Shown: positions 53,236-64,000 of the stretch, in pieces
Layout of the letters: every line of letters starts with the position of its first letter
Position numbering within the stretch: the stretch's first letter is position 1
Source: an uncultured cyanobacterium
GTDB taxonomy: Bacteria > Cyanobacteriota > Cyanobacteriia > Cyanobacteriales > Nostocaceae
Direction of reading: 5' to 3'
Assembly: GCA_963740315.1 (NCBI GenBank)
Contig: CAVUDP010000001.1
Coordinates: 1-64,000 of the forward strand
DNA: 64,000 nt
Notes under the pieces: generated by a model
Seen by the model: the letters and a program-made list of their open reading frames with translations, nothing else
What the model was told of the DNA's origin: nothing
The model's database searches: none
Made by a program: the position numbers and the translations under genes

Positions 53236-53503
53236 TAACCCACATATTTGTAGATATCTCCGCACTGCTACGTCTCCCCGTATTTAAGGTTGTATCGGGA
53301 TATTTCCGTTCATATAACGGTTAAATAAAATCAAATTAATTCGTTTAGTAACCCAAATAGTTGTAGAGAGCTCCGCACTGCTACGTCTCCCCGTATTTAG
53401 GGTTGTATCAAGTTTTCACTTATATGACAATTCGGTAAAAGAAAATCAAATTAATTCGTGGGATAACCCAAATAACAGAGACGTAGCACTGCTACGTCTC
53501 TAC
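53236..53503. repeat. ~113-bp tandem unit, about 2.5 copies
   Basis: TAACCCA...GCACTGCTACGTCTC at 53236, 53349 and 53465; AAAATCAAATTAATTCGT twice. Confidence 0.8.
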
Positions 53504-53541
53504 ATTTAATACATTGTTGAAAATATAATTCAACAACAAAA

Positions 53542-54180
53542 CTATTTATTAGGCTGAGGAGTCATCCGTAGATAAGGTTTAACTTCCTCGTATCCTTTAG
53601 GAAACTTCTCCTTAAGAACATCTGGATCTTTAAGAGTAGGAACAATAACGCAATCATCGCCATCTTTCCAGTCAGCAGGAGTCGCAACGCTGTAATTATC
53701 AGTCAACTGTAACGAATCAATTACCCGTAAAATTTCATCAAAATTACGTCCGGTGCTGGGAGGATAAGTTAAACTTAAACGTAATTTCTTATCTGGATCG
53801 ATGATAAACACCGTCCGCACTGTTACCTTAGCGTTAGCATTCGGGTGAATCATATCATAAAGGTCAGAAACCTTTTTATCATCGTCAGCCAAAATCGGAT
53901 AATTGAGTTTTGTGCTTTGAGTTTCCTCAATATCTCCAATCCAACCTTTGTGAGATTCAGCATCATCAACGCTAAGAGCGATCGTCTTAACATTGCGCTT
54001 ATCAAATTCCGGCTTTAACTTTGCAACGGTACCCAATTCAGTAGTGCAAACGGGTGTATAGTCAGCCGGGTGGGAAAACAGCACTACCCAACTATCCCCA
54101 GCCCATTTGTAAAAATCAATTTCCCCTTCGCTGGAAGCTTGTGTAAAGTTTGGTACTGTATCACCGAGACGTAGAGCCAT
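53542..54180 (-). CDS. 1-Cys peroxiredoxin (Prx6)
   Basis: HPADYTPVCTTE, GRNFDEILR. Confidence 0.93.
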   Translation of the reverse strand: MALRLGDTVPNFTQASSEGEIDFYKWAGDSWVVLFSHPADYTPVCTTELGTVAKLKPEFDKRNVKTIALSVDDAESHKGWIGDIEETQSTKLNYPILADDDKKVSDLYDMIHPNANAKVTVRTVFIIDPDKKLRLSLTYPPSTGRNFDEILRVIDSLQLTDNYSVATPADWKDGDDCVIVPTLKDPDVLKEKFPKGYEEVKPYLRMTPQPNK

Positions 54181-54469
54181 ATGAAAATTACCTGATAGTC
54201 CGAAAGTTTTGCCTATTAAAAAAAGCAGTTATCACATATTACCGGGTTCCCTGATTCGCTTTTAGCAGATCGAAACAAAACGTAAATGTAACCTGTTAGT
54301 GGTTAGTGGTTAGTTGTTGAGAGTTGGGAATTCCCATCACCTTCTTGTCTCCCCATCTTCCCCTCTCGCTTCTCGTAAATTAATCGCATTCCTCCGATAT
54401 ATATATAGATGCTTGCTACTAATCTCTAATCCAAAGTCCCAAATACACATTCTTTACTGGGAGAAATTC

Positions 54470-56194
54470 ATGGTTATTAAATGTCGTCGCTTGGTTGCTT
54501 ATGTTGCAACAGCCTTCAGCATTTTGTTGTTGACTGCTTGCGACGGTGGAGGAAGTAATTCTACAAATAATTCGGATAATTTTAACGGTTTAAAAATCAA
54601 GTTTTTAGTAGGTAGCGCTTTAGATAAATTTTGCGATCGAGCAGCACAAGATTTCAACGCTACAAAACCGCAATTGGATGATGGTAAGGCTTTTCAGGTA
54701 GAATGCGAAGCTTCTGGAAGTGGTGATGTTGTGAGTAAGTTGGTAACTCTGGCAACTCAATTTAAGAATGGTACTTTACAAGAATCATCGCCAGAATTCC
54801 CGACTATTGTTTCTGTGGATGGTGAGATTTATCAAAGTCGTTTAATTTATCAAATGAATCAATTGTTTCCGGGACAAAATTACATTCCGGAAATTACCGA
54901 ATCTCCATTGCTTGCGAATTCACCAATGGTTTTGATGGCGCAAGCGGATATTGCGTCTGGACTGGAAAAAGTTGATAATCCTTATAAGGCTTTGGTTAGC
55001 GCCAAAAATCATCGCGATATTGACCCAAATGCACCTTCGTTAAATGTAAATTACGTCCATACCGCTCCAACTCGCTCTAATTCCGGATTGCAAACTTTAG
55101 TCACGCAGTTCGCTAGCGTATCGGGTAAGCGCCCGGAAACCATGACAGTCGCTGACGTACAGAAGTTTGAGCCGCAGGTGCAGCAGATTCAAAGCAAGAT
55201 AACTCGTTACGGTACTTCTACAAGTTCCTTGGCGAAGTCGATGGTGAAAAATGGTCAATTTTGGGCAACAGTCGGTTCGGTGTACGAATCAAGCGTAATT
55301 GATGCCAACTCTGACTTACAGCCGGGGCAAGAACGCTATCAAGCAGTGTATCCTAAAGCTACATTTACCTCAAATATGCGGGCAATATTACCGAATGCAC
55401 CTTGGGTAAGCACAGAAGAAAAAGCAGCAGCAGAGAAATTCATCGATTATTTGCGATCGCCACAAGTGCAAAAAATCGCCACCGATTTGGGTTTACGTCC
55501 GGGAATTCCGGGAATCCCTTTAGGAGCAAAGTTTTCACCGGAATTTGGTGTAAATCCCCAAGCTAAGTATGATTCGTTACGACCTCCCCAGCCGGAAGTT
55601 GTGGAAGCGATGCTCAAATCCTGGCAGGAAGTAGCTAAGAAGCCATCTTTGGTAGTTGTAGTAGTTGATTCTTCGGGGTCGATGGAGGGAGAAAAGCTAC
55701 CAGCAGTACAGAGAACTTTGCAGACATATATCAATAGTTTGGGACCAAAAGAGCAAATTGCTTTGATTGATTTTGATGATGATATTCGTCCCCCGGTATC
55801 AGTAAACGGAACCCCCGAAGGAAAAGATAAGGGAATGCAGTTTATCAACAGTTTAGAAGCAGGTGGTGGAACTCGTCTTTATGATGCTGCGATCGCGGCT
55901 CGTAACTGGTTGTCAGAAAATCTTCGTAAAGATGCGATAAACGCCGTTTTAATATTAACAGATGGAGACGATACAACTTCCGAAACATCTTTAGACAAGT
56001 TAAAACAAGAACTGCAAAAAAGCGGATTTAATAGCGATCGAAGGATTGCATTTTTTACAATTGGTTACGGAAACGAACGACAATTTAATCCAGAAGCACT
56101 CAAGACAATTGCTGAATTAAACGGCGGTTATTATTCCAAAGGCGATCCAGAAAGTATTTCAAAATTAATGTCAGATTTGCAGCTTGAATTTTAG
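54470..56194 (+). CDS. Lipoprotein: solute-binding-like domain + vWA domain
   Basis: Lipobox LLTAC after ATG 54470; PTRSNSG; MIDAS DSSGSM, GGTRLYD, LTDG. Confidence 0.85.
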   Translation: MVIKCRRLVAYVATAFSILLLTACDGGGSNSTNNSDNFNGLKIKFLVGSALDKFCDRAAQDFNATKPQLDDGKAFQVECEASGSGDVVSKLVTLATQFKNGTLQESSPEFPTIVSVDGEIYQSRLIYQMNQLFPGQNYIPEITESPLLANSPMVLMAQADIASGLEKVDNPYKALVSAKNHRDIDPNAPSLNVNYVHTAPTRSNSGLQTLVTQFASVSGKRPETMTVADVQKFEPQVQQIQSKITRYGTSTSSLAKSMVKNGQFWATVGSVYESSVIDANSDLQPGQERYQAVYPKATFTSNMRAILPNAPWVSTEEKAAAEKFIDYLRSPQVQKIATDLGLRPGIPGIPLGAKFSPEFGVNPQAKYDSLRPPQPEVVEAMLKSWQEVAKKPSLVVVVVDSSGSMEGEKLPAVQRTLQTYINSLGPKEQIALIDFDDDIRPPVSVNGTPEGKDKGMQFINSLEAGGGTRLYDAAIAARNWLSENLRKDAINAVLILTDGDDTTSETSLDKLKQELQKSGFNSDRRIAFFTIGYGNERQFNPEALKTIAELNGGYYSKGDPESISKLMSDLQLEF

Positions 56195-56199
56195 AAATA

Positions 56200-56263
56200 A
56201 GGTTCGTAGTAAGGACTTCAGTCCTCTTTCTTCATATACAAGGACTAAAGTCCTTACTACAAA
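56200..56263. repeat. Palindromic intergenic repeat
   Basis: GTAGTAAGGACTTCAGTCCT...AGGACTAAAGTCCTTACTAC; relative at ~33405-33467. Confidence 0.75.
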
Positions 56264-56296
56264 CAAATTTATCATTTAAGATTAACAAATATTCCT

Positions 56297-57415
56297 ATGA
56301 ACAACACAAAACGTAAATCCCAACAAAACCGCACTCTTACTTCCATAAGCATAATCCTAGCCTCATTAGGTTTAGCTTATGCTCCCATTCCCGGTTTACA
56401 ACAAACCGTAGTAATTGTCAGCGGTTCGGAATTACAAGAACCCCTCAAACAGTTAGAAACTCAATTTGAACAAGAAAATCCTAACATCAAATTAGAGTTA
56501 AAATTCCAAGGTTCTCAAGAAATAGTAAATAAATTTATCGACAATCAAAACGACTTTACACCAACCATTTTAATTCCCGCTAACGGAGAGAAATTAACAG
56601 AATTAAGCAATCGTTACAAAGCAACTAATTCCGACGAACCTTTTTACGATCGACCCCAACCAATTGCTAAAACAATATTAGTTGGAATCGCTTGGCAAGA
56701 AAGAGGTAAAGTGCTTTTCCCCGACGGACGTTTTAGCTGGGATAGAGTAGAAAAAGCGATGCAGGCAGGTAACTGGAGTGGAATTGGTGGTGCAAGTGAT
56801 TGGGGAAGCTTTGATTTTGTTACTACTAATCCGACTCGTTCAAACAGCGGACAATTAACCATGAGTTTATGGGCGCAATCAAAAACTGGCGATAATCTTA
56901 ATAGCGCAACATTCAATAATACTGCTGTCGAATCGCTGTTTGGTTTAGTAAAACGTTCAGTTTATCAACCACCACGTTCTACCGATATCTTATTAGAAGA
57001 ATTCATTGCCAAAGGTGCTAACGATGCCGATGTCGCAACAGTTTACGAAAGCATCGCATTACATCGCTGGGAGCAAGCTCGTAAAACTCAAGGTAAACCC
57101 TACCAAATTTATTATCTTAATCCCACTATTGAAACTATTTCTACTGCTGCGATCGCCAGAAGAAATGTTGACGGAGCAACCGCAAAAGCTGCCCAAAAAT
57201 TCCTCGATTTCCTTACCCAAAAGCAACAGCAAGCAGTATTTGTACAGTATGGTTTTCGTCCCGCGAATAATTCTGTAGACTTAAAAACAGTTCCGAATAG
57301 CCCTTGGAATCAAAATATTCCCGGTGCGGAAGTTAATCTTTCCGTCAAAAAATCATCACCACCAGATACAAAGATTTTTGGTGAAATTCAAAGATTGTGG
57401 GAAAGGGTGAATTGA
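56297..57415 (+). CDS. Solute-binding-domain protein (paralog of upstream domain)
   Basis: N-terminal anchor, GSQEI, PTRSNSG, YES, AAQKFLDFL, GFRP. Confidence 0.82.
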   Translation: MNNTKRKSQQNRTLTSISIILASLGLAYAPIPGLQQTVVIVSGSELQEPLKQLETQFEQENPNIKLELKFQGSQEIVNKFIDNQNDFTPTILIPANGEKLTELSNRYKATNSDEPFYDRPQPIAKTILVGIAWQERGKVLFPDGRFSWDRVEKAMQAGNWSGIGGASDWGSFDFVTTNPTRSNSGQLTMSLWAQSKTGDNLNSATFNNTAVESLFGLVKRSVYQPPRSTDILLEEFIAKGANDADVATVYESIALHRWEQARKTQGKPYQIYYLNPTIETISTAAIARRNVDGATAKAAQKFLDFLTQKQQQAVFVQYGFRPANNSVDLKTVPNSPWNQNIPGAEVNLSVKKSSPPDTKIFGEIQRLWERVN

Positions 57416-57540
57416 TAAAATGGGTAATGGATAATGGGTAATAGGGTATGGGAAGATAAACTAATAAAACATCTGCCTCCATTATCGGCGATTGTATATT
57501 AATCCAGTACCCAATAAACCTAAAAATACTAACAAACCAA

Positions 57541-57822
57541 ATGTTTAAAATACGCAATCTAATTTTCAGCTTATGCATTCTCGTATTATTTACCATCATC
57601 GGTTGTTCATCTTGGCAATCGGGATGGGAAAGATTTTCAGCAAACGTTGCAAATAAAGGTGCTAGCGTTAAATGTTATTCTGGCGGACAATTAATTTACG
57701 AATCAAGAACCGATATCAAACCAATTTCCGAAGAAGATTCAGACGGATACTTTTTCCGCGATGCTAAAACAGGTAATTTTGTAGAAATATCCGCAGACTG
57801 TGTTTTTATTTATGATAAATAA
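57541..57822 (+). CDS. Small hypothetical lipoprotein
   Basis: Lipobox IIGC; VKCYSGG...ISADC. Confidence 0.65.
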   Translation: MFKIRNLIFSLCILVLFTIIGCSSWQSGWERFSANVANKGASVKCYSGGQLIYESRTDIKPISEEDSDGYFFRDAKTGNFVEISADCVFIYDK

Positions 57823-57918
57823 TAAAGGTTAAAGGTTAAAGGTCTGCATATCAAAGGTTGATAAGATATTTAACTCCTAACTCTTAACTTCTAACTCCTA
57901 ATTTTTAACTCCTAACTC

Positions 57919-58938
57919 CTAACTCCTAATTCCTAACTCCTCAAGACTTTCTTCATTCCATACATAATCTTTCATATCATCTGGCCAAGATACTTCCTCT
58001 GCTGTAGCAAGTTTTAAAGTACTGGCTTCTAATTGTGAATATAAGCCAGCGAAATTTCCAATTACGATATTATTTTTAATAAAAGTTTGTCTTAAAAGTT
58101 CGGTTGTAAACATCATATTATGACCTTCAAAACTACCTTGAGAAAAAACTTGCTCAAAGATGATAAATTTGATATCGTCTCGTCCTTGTTTATTCGCTCT
58201 TTCACGAGTGATTCCAAATTTTTCGGGTACTATATCGCCCTTAATTGATACCATAATATATTTTGGTCCTTTCACCCATCTTTGATAGCTGTTGCCAAAA
58301 GCAAACACATTAATAAGCCGATCTGTACGATTTTCCCACTTTACTTCCTGAATTTTTCGCGCTTTAGAATTCCAGAAAGGTGTCTGTTTACGAATAAACT
58401 TTCTTTTAGCAAGAATGATAGCGCGAGCTAATAAAATTGTTCCGTGACTATCCCCAGAAAAATTGATAAGTTTATCATTTTCTATTGCATAAACTATTAA
58501 AGTAGCGGTATTTCTAATCGCTGGGCTGCTAGTTAAACCGAAACGGTGTATCGCCGCATCAATCCAATCTAAGTATTGATTAATAAAGCTAAAAAGAGGA
58601 TTCTTTTTGATAAAAGAAGAATTATTCAGATTAGCAACGCCAGTATTCAAAGTCTTTGCGTATCTACGACTCCTTTTAGAAGATATTGCTTCAGGTTGTC
58701 CTAGCCCAGGAATAAATATTGCAAAAAGTTCGCGATCGTCCCCTTCTGGATAATATGCTATATCCTGAGTAATAACGACAATTGGATTTTCAGCCGCCAT
58801 TACATCATCAAAATCAAAAATCCTTTCTGTACCGGGATTCTGAAACTGTCCATCAAACTTTTTATCCGGGAATAAAGCTTCTAAAAGCCAGCGTCGCCAA
58901 TTCGACTTTACCTGCTGTGCCTTATATTTATTCCTCAT
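57919..58938 (-). CDS. Hypothetical protein, possible alpha/beta hydrolase
   Basis: FIPGL, GDSHG nucleophile elbow, GDIVP, GH in Ser-Asp-His order. Confidence 0.55.
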   Translation of the reverse strand: MRNKYKAQQVKSNWRRWLLEALFPDKKFDGQFQNPGTERIFDFDDVMAAENPIVVITQDIAYYPEGDDRELFAIFIPGLGQPEAISSKRSRRYAKTLNTGVANLNNSSFIKKNPLFSFINQYLDWIDAAIHRFGLTSSPAIRNTATLIVYAIENDKLINFSGDSHGTILLARAIILAKRKFIRKQTPFWNSKARKIQEVKWENRTDRLINVFAFGNSYQRWVKGPKYIMVSIKGDIVPEKFGITRERANKQGRDDIKFIIFEQVFSQGSFEGHNMMFTTELLRQTFIKNNIVIGNFAGLYSQLEASTLKLATAEEVSWPDDMKDYVWNEESLEELGIRS

Positions 58939-59140
58939 AACTAATTCCCTTTATTAAAACCGCGTTAATATATTCAGTTTACTTTTTGATATACAAGTAT
59001 TTTATTAAACTTTCCGATAATTAATTTAAACATATTACTATCCTAATGAAAGTATTATAGGGAATAGGGAACGGGAAATAGGGAGATGGGGAGAGAAAAT
59101 AATTCCTAACTCCTAACTCATAACTCCTTACCTCTAACCT

Positions 59141-60325
59141 TTAACCTTTAACCTGAATAATATCTTGATATGCTTCAACTATTTTTTGCGCGATCGCATC
59201 CCAACTATAGTTGAGCAATGCATATTTCCTCGCCAGCGAACCCCTGCGCTGTCTTTCTTCTGGACATTTCAAGGCTTCTCGAATTAAATCTGCAATTTCC
59301 AAGGTATTGGTTGTACCTACCCATCCCGATTCGCTACCGCTAATATCTTGACAAATATGCACTTGGTCTGAAATTACTACGGGGATTCCTGCTACCATCG
59401 CTTCGGCTACAGCAATACCAAAGTTTTCATAGTAGGAAGGTAAAACGAATAAATCGGCTGTTTCTAATAAAGCTGATTTTAATTCCCCCGTAACAAAACC
59501 AGTAATAGTAGTATGTTTATTCAAAGGTGAAGCTTGAATTTGCGACTTAATTTTTTGTTCGTAACTAGGATCTTGAGGATTGGTTCCAGCTAACACAAAA
59601 TGAAAATCTAACCCTTCACTCAAAAGTTTTTCTAAAGCCGGAATTAATAAATCTAATCCTTTTTTGGGGTCAATTCGCGACATAAATAATACTTTTGGTA
59701 CGTTGTCGGGAATATTAAATTTGCTGGAGACGTTAAATTTAACGTCTCTACATTCTTGCATTTGCTTTACACCAAGGGGAATCACCAAATCTCTGGTAGT
59801 CACTCCAAATCTATGAGAAACTTTCGCTTCTTGTTCGCTGGTAAAGTGAATTGCAGCAGCTTTTGCAATATTAGGACGTTCTAAAACTTTTGCATAAAGT
59901 TGTTTTAATTGTTTTTTCTTACTTAAATCTGCTGGGTCTAGTGTTCCTAAAGGACGTAAAATATAAGGTAATTTTTTAGCGCGACAAACAGCAGCAGCGG
60001 TACTACTAACAGGAGAAAATAAAGCATGAATATGAGCTAAATCGTATTCCTGGGCATGATTATTTAACCACTTCAATAAATCAATAGAAAACTTATAGCG
60101 ACGAAACGGCGAACATTTAAAATAAATGATTTCATAACCATCTTGTTCGATGGGAGAATTTAGCGGCACATCCAAAGGTTTTTGTCCCGTATCGCCATTA
60201 CTATCAGTCGTGAGAACGGTAATTTTCACACCTTGTCGTGCTAAAGCAGGTGCAAGTCCCAATACCATTTGGCTGGGGCCACCGTAAATAAGAGAAATTG
60301 AAGGAACTATTTGTAATATTTTCAT
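59141..60325 (-). CDS. hpsP: Hormogonium polysaccharide glycosyltransferase HpsP (GT4)
   Basis: MKILQIVPSISLIYGGPSQMV, ENFGIAVAEA; operon order. Confidence 0.82.
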   Translation of the reverse strand: MKILQIVPSISLIYGGPSQMVLGLAPALARQGVKITVLTTDSNGDTGQKPLDVPLNSPIEQDGYEIIYFKCSPFRRYKFSIDLLKWLNNHAQEYDLAHIHALFSPVSSTAAAVCRAKKLPYILRPLGTLDPADLSKKKQLKQLYAKVLERPNIAKAAAIHFTSEQEAKVSHRFGVTTRDLVIPLGVKQMQECRDVKFNVSSKFNIPDNVPKVLFMSRIDPKKGLDLLIPALEKLLSEGLDFHFVLAGTNPQDPSYEQKIKSQIQASPLNKHTTITGFVTGELKSALLETADLFVLPSYYENFGIAVAEAMVAGIPVVISDQVHICQDISGSESGWVGTTNTLEIADLIREALKCPEERQRRGSLARKYALLNYSWDAIAQKIVEAYQDIIQVKG

Positions 60326-60562
60326 AGTTGTTAGTTATTAGTTGTTAGTGGTTAGTGGTTAGTTGTTATTTGTAGTTGTAGGGTGTGTTATCGCGGAGCG
60401 TAACGCACCGTTTTAAAGCTGCTATAATTCTTAGTTATTTTAAGAGCATTTCTAAATTTCCAAAAATATGTAGTGTCCGCATCTTGCTGCCTGTTTTTAT
60501 TCAATTACTCAAATGCTCCAGTTATTACTTTTCCAGCGAGTAAAATAGCTGCACAACTAACA

Positions 60563-61757
<1,195 letters not shown>

Positions 61758-61878
61758 AATTTTAGAGAATAGTTTTTAATTAAGAAGGAGTAGGGAAATA
61801 GGAAAAATAAAATTATCCAAATAATCTTTATTAAAACTTACGTCGTCGGAACTGTAAAACAATGGTTCCACGAATTTA

Positions 61879-61912
61879 GATCCCCCCAACCCCCCTTAAA
61901 AAAGGGGGGCTT
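61879..61912. repeat. CCCCCCAACCCCCCTT..AAGGGGGG hairpin repeat
   Basis: Near-identical copy at 48878-48912 (3' of LEA-like gene, followed by T run; terminator-like). Confidence 0.75.
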
Positions 61913-62004
61913 TTTATTTCTCTCTAGTTCCCTCCTTAAAAAAGAAGGGCTTTTTATTCCTCTGTGTTCGAGTGCGTCAAGCATCGGTTAAATAATCAAT
62001 CCTT

Positions 62005-63042
62005 TTAGAAACTTCCCACAGGTTTCTTAGAATTTGTTTCCACAACCTCAAGCTTATCTTGCTGGGTATAAATTTGACCGTCATTCCACAATGATTGGAT
62101 CTTGGTTCCTAAAGCGTTGAAAAAGCCCAAAGTATAAAAAACGCCGCGAGTTAAGATTTTGACCGGCGAACCGCTTTTATGACAAGGAGGTCTTCCCAGA
62201 ACGTGACAGTCAAACAAACGAGCGTAAAAACGCAAAGCTTGAGTAACATTCAAGTTACTTAACCCTAGTAAGAAATGGTTGTGATAAAAGGTAAACTGAT
62301 ATTTAGTGGAACGAGTGCTGATATCGTGACAACCACCAGTCTCTTCTCCTAAATGCACCAAATGCGCTTCTGGATCGTACCAAATCTTATATCCCGTCTT
62401 GCGGATGTGCAGGCAAAAATCCGACTCTTCCCGCACCGCACTACCGCGAAATCTTTCATCAAAATGCAATCCGTACTTAGTAAATATTTCGCGACGGAAA
62501 GACATATTGCAACCCCTCGCGGTTAATACTTCTTGAGGTTTTGTAGTATGTACTAAGTCAATATAATACCAAGCAATTGCGGGGTCCATTGCTTGAGGAG
62601 GTAGATATTCTAGCTCTGTATAATTACCGTCACCTTGAGTATAACCTTTAGCAGAATCTTCCATCTTCATTCTGTCAAATACTCTTCCCCCGACAGCGCC
62701 TATTTCTGGATTTTCGTAATTTTTCGCGTGGGCTGCTAAAAATCCCGGTTCTAACAATACATCATCATCGATAAATAGAATTATCTCACCCGCAGACCGC
62801 CGTACAGCATAATTACGCGCCCCCGGTAAACTTGCCCAATCCAACCGATACCATTGAATTTTATCCCCTGCTGCTTGTTCTTTTAAATAAGCTTCAATTT
62901 CAGGTTTATGTTTTGGGGTTTGGTCTACTACCAATACTTCATAATTAGAATAATCTTGTTTAAGCACATCCACGATGCTATCGCGCAACGCTTCCTCACG
63001 CCCGTAGGTCGGTATAATTACTGAAATTAAAGGTTCTGACAT
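62005..63042 (-). CDS. hpsN: Hormogonium polysaccharide glycosyltransferase HpsN (GT2)
   Basis: ISVIIPTY, VVD, GARN, FIDDD, GCNMS, EESD. Confidence 0.8.
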   Translation of the reverse strand: MSEPLISVIIPTYGREEALRDSIVDVLKQDYSNYEVLVVDQTPKHKPEIEAYLKEQAAGDKIQWYRLDWASLPGARNYAVRRSAGEIILFIDDDVLLEPGFLAAHAKNYENPEIGAVGGRVFDRMKMEDSAKGYTQGDGNYTELEYLPPQAMDPAIAWYYIDLVHTTKPQEVLTARGCNMSFRREIFTKYGLHFDERFRGSAVREESDFCLHIRKTGYKIWYDPEAHLVHLGEETGGCHDISTRSTKYQFTFYHNHFLLGLSNLNVTQALRFYARLFDCHVLGRPPCHKSGSPVKILTRGVFYTLGFFNALGTKIQSLWNDGQIYTQQDKLEVVETNSKKPVGSF

Positions 63043-63048
63043 ATCGGA

Positions 63049-63346
63049 ATTTTAGATTTTAGATTTTAGATTTTGGATTAGTAGTATTGAGTATTGAGTA
63101 TTGAGTATTGAGTATTGAGTATTGAGTATTGAGTTAGGAATTATGAGTTAGGAATTATGAGTTAGGAATTATGAGTTAGGAATTATGAGTTAGGAATTAT
63201 GAGTTAGGAATTATGAGTTAGAAGTAGCGATCGCCGGAAAGCTCGCTGTTTAACTACCCCCGAACCCCCGAACCCCATCTTTCCATCTCCCCCGAACCCC
63301 CGAACCCCCGAACCCCCGAACCCCATCTTTCCATCTCCCCATCTCC
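63049..63346. repeat. Compound STRR arrays
   Basis: (TTTTAGA)n, (TATTGAG)n, (GAGTTAGGAATTAT)n, (CCCCGAAC)n in succession. Confidence 0.92.
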
Positions 63347-63347
63347 C

Positions 63348-64000
63348 TCAGAGCGGGTTTTCTACTATCTTCTGCTTGCGTTTCTTTTTGGTAGATATTT
63401 CCGCTTCCTGCACCTGTTGATTTTGTTCCTCTTTGAGTCTCTCTAGCTTGTCTATTTCTGGCAATTTGAAAAGCACCCCTGCGAAAAACCAGTAATAAAC
63501 AGCAACCGGATCGACATCTAAAGGATAGTAATAGGTGTTATAACTTATAAACAATATAAACACCCATAAAGCTGCTCCGTAACCACGGAAATTACGGTTT
63601 TTTACTTTACGGTAAGTTTTAAAGCCACAAATTGTTAAGGTGGTGACTAAACCTAAAAATCCTAATACTCCCAAAATTCCCACTTCATACATGACTTTGG
63701 GATAGTAGGTTTCCACTAATTTAGTTGGTCCCATTATCCTTGCGGAGTTAGTAGCCTTCCCTAAACCATTTCCAAACGGGTTTTTGGTATTGCTAGCAAC
63801 TTCTTCAAATTGCTGAGTGATAAATTCATAGGGTGGTGAAGCATTCCAACGGCTGATAAAGCTATCAAGTCTTTCCTGTCCGATCGCGGGATTGCTGGCG
63901 ATCGCAATTGTCAAAACCAAAACTAGTCCCCCGAAGATCGGAACGAACCGTTTAAGGTTGGCTAATTGACCTGTAAGCAATAGTAACAATACGAGGCAAG
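63348..64000 (-). CDS. hpsL: Hormogonium polysaccharide protein HpsL (Wzy/O-antigen-ligase-like), 5' end outside window
   Basis: Polytopic; GNGLG, ETYYPK, YNTYYYPLDVDPVAVYYW; upstream of hpsN; frame open to window edge. Confidence 0.78.
   Translation of the reverse strand, partial: CLVLLLLLTGQLANLKRFVPIFGGLVLVLTIAIASNPAIGQERLDSFISRWNASPPYEFITQQFEEVASNTKNPFGNGLGKATNSARIMGPTKLVETYYPKVMYEVGILGVLGFLGLVTTLTICGFKTYRKVKNRNFRGYGAALWVFILFISYNTYYYPLDVDPVAVYYWFFAGVLFKLPEIDKLERLKEEQNQQVQEAEISTKKKRKQKIVENPL

Noticed and set aside
53236..53503. CRISPR array
   Set aside because: Under three units, conserved part too long and variable, spacers partly similar, no cas genes.

Overview
AT-rich chromosomal window from a filamentous heterocyst-forming cyanobacterium (Nostocales-like, inferred from frequent HIP1 GCGATCGC sites, heptamer STRR arrays and the hpsLNOP locus). 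Bases 1 to ~15540 are the right part of an integrative conjugative element. It carries a cyanobacterial (MPF_C-type) T4SS operon, a frameshifted primase-helicase, an antirepressor with a coupled leader peptide, and a XisF-like large serine recombinase that has inserted into and truncated a Gfo/Idh/MocA oxidoreductase gene. Next come a nonsense-disrupted cyanovirin-N-like gene, a PAS-kinase/2xCrp cluster bracketed by a perfect 73-bp inverted repeat, and the SSADH + 2-oxoglutarate decarboxylase TCA-bypass pair. At the centre is a candidate protease-activated defence pair: a small EACC1-like membrane-helix protein upstream of a CHAT-STAND-TPR protein with near-identical 120-bp TPR repeats. The rest is mostly core or signalling genes (cyaD-like cyclase, rbgA, fbaB, ygfZ, cysK, 1-Cys Prx, vWA/solute-binding pair, hpsL-N-O-P) interspersed with MITEs and short repeats, some of which have entered coding sequences. 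All calls come from reading motifs by eye; no searches were run.
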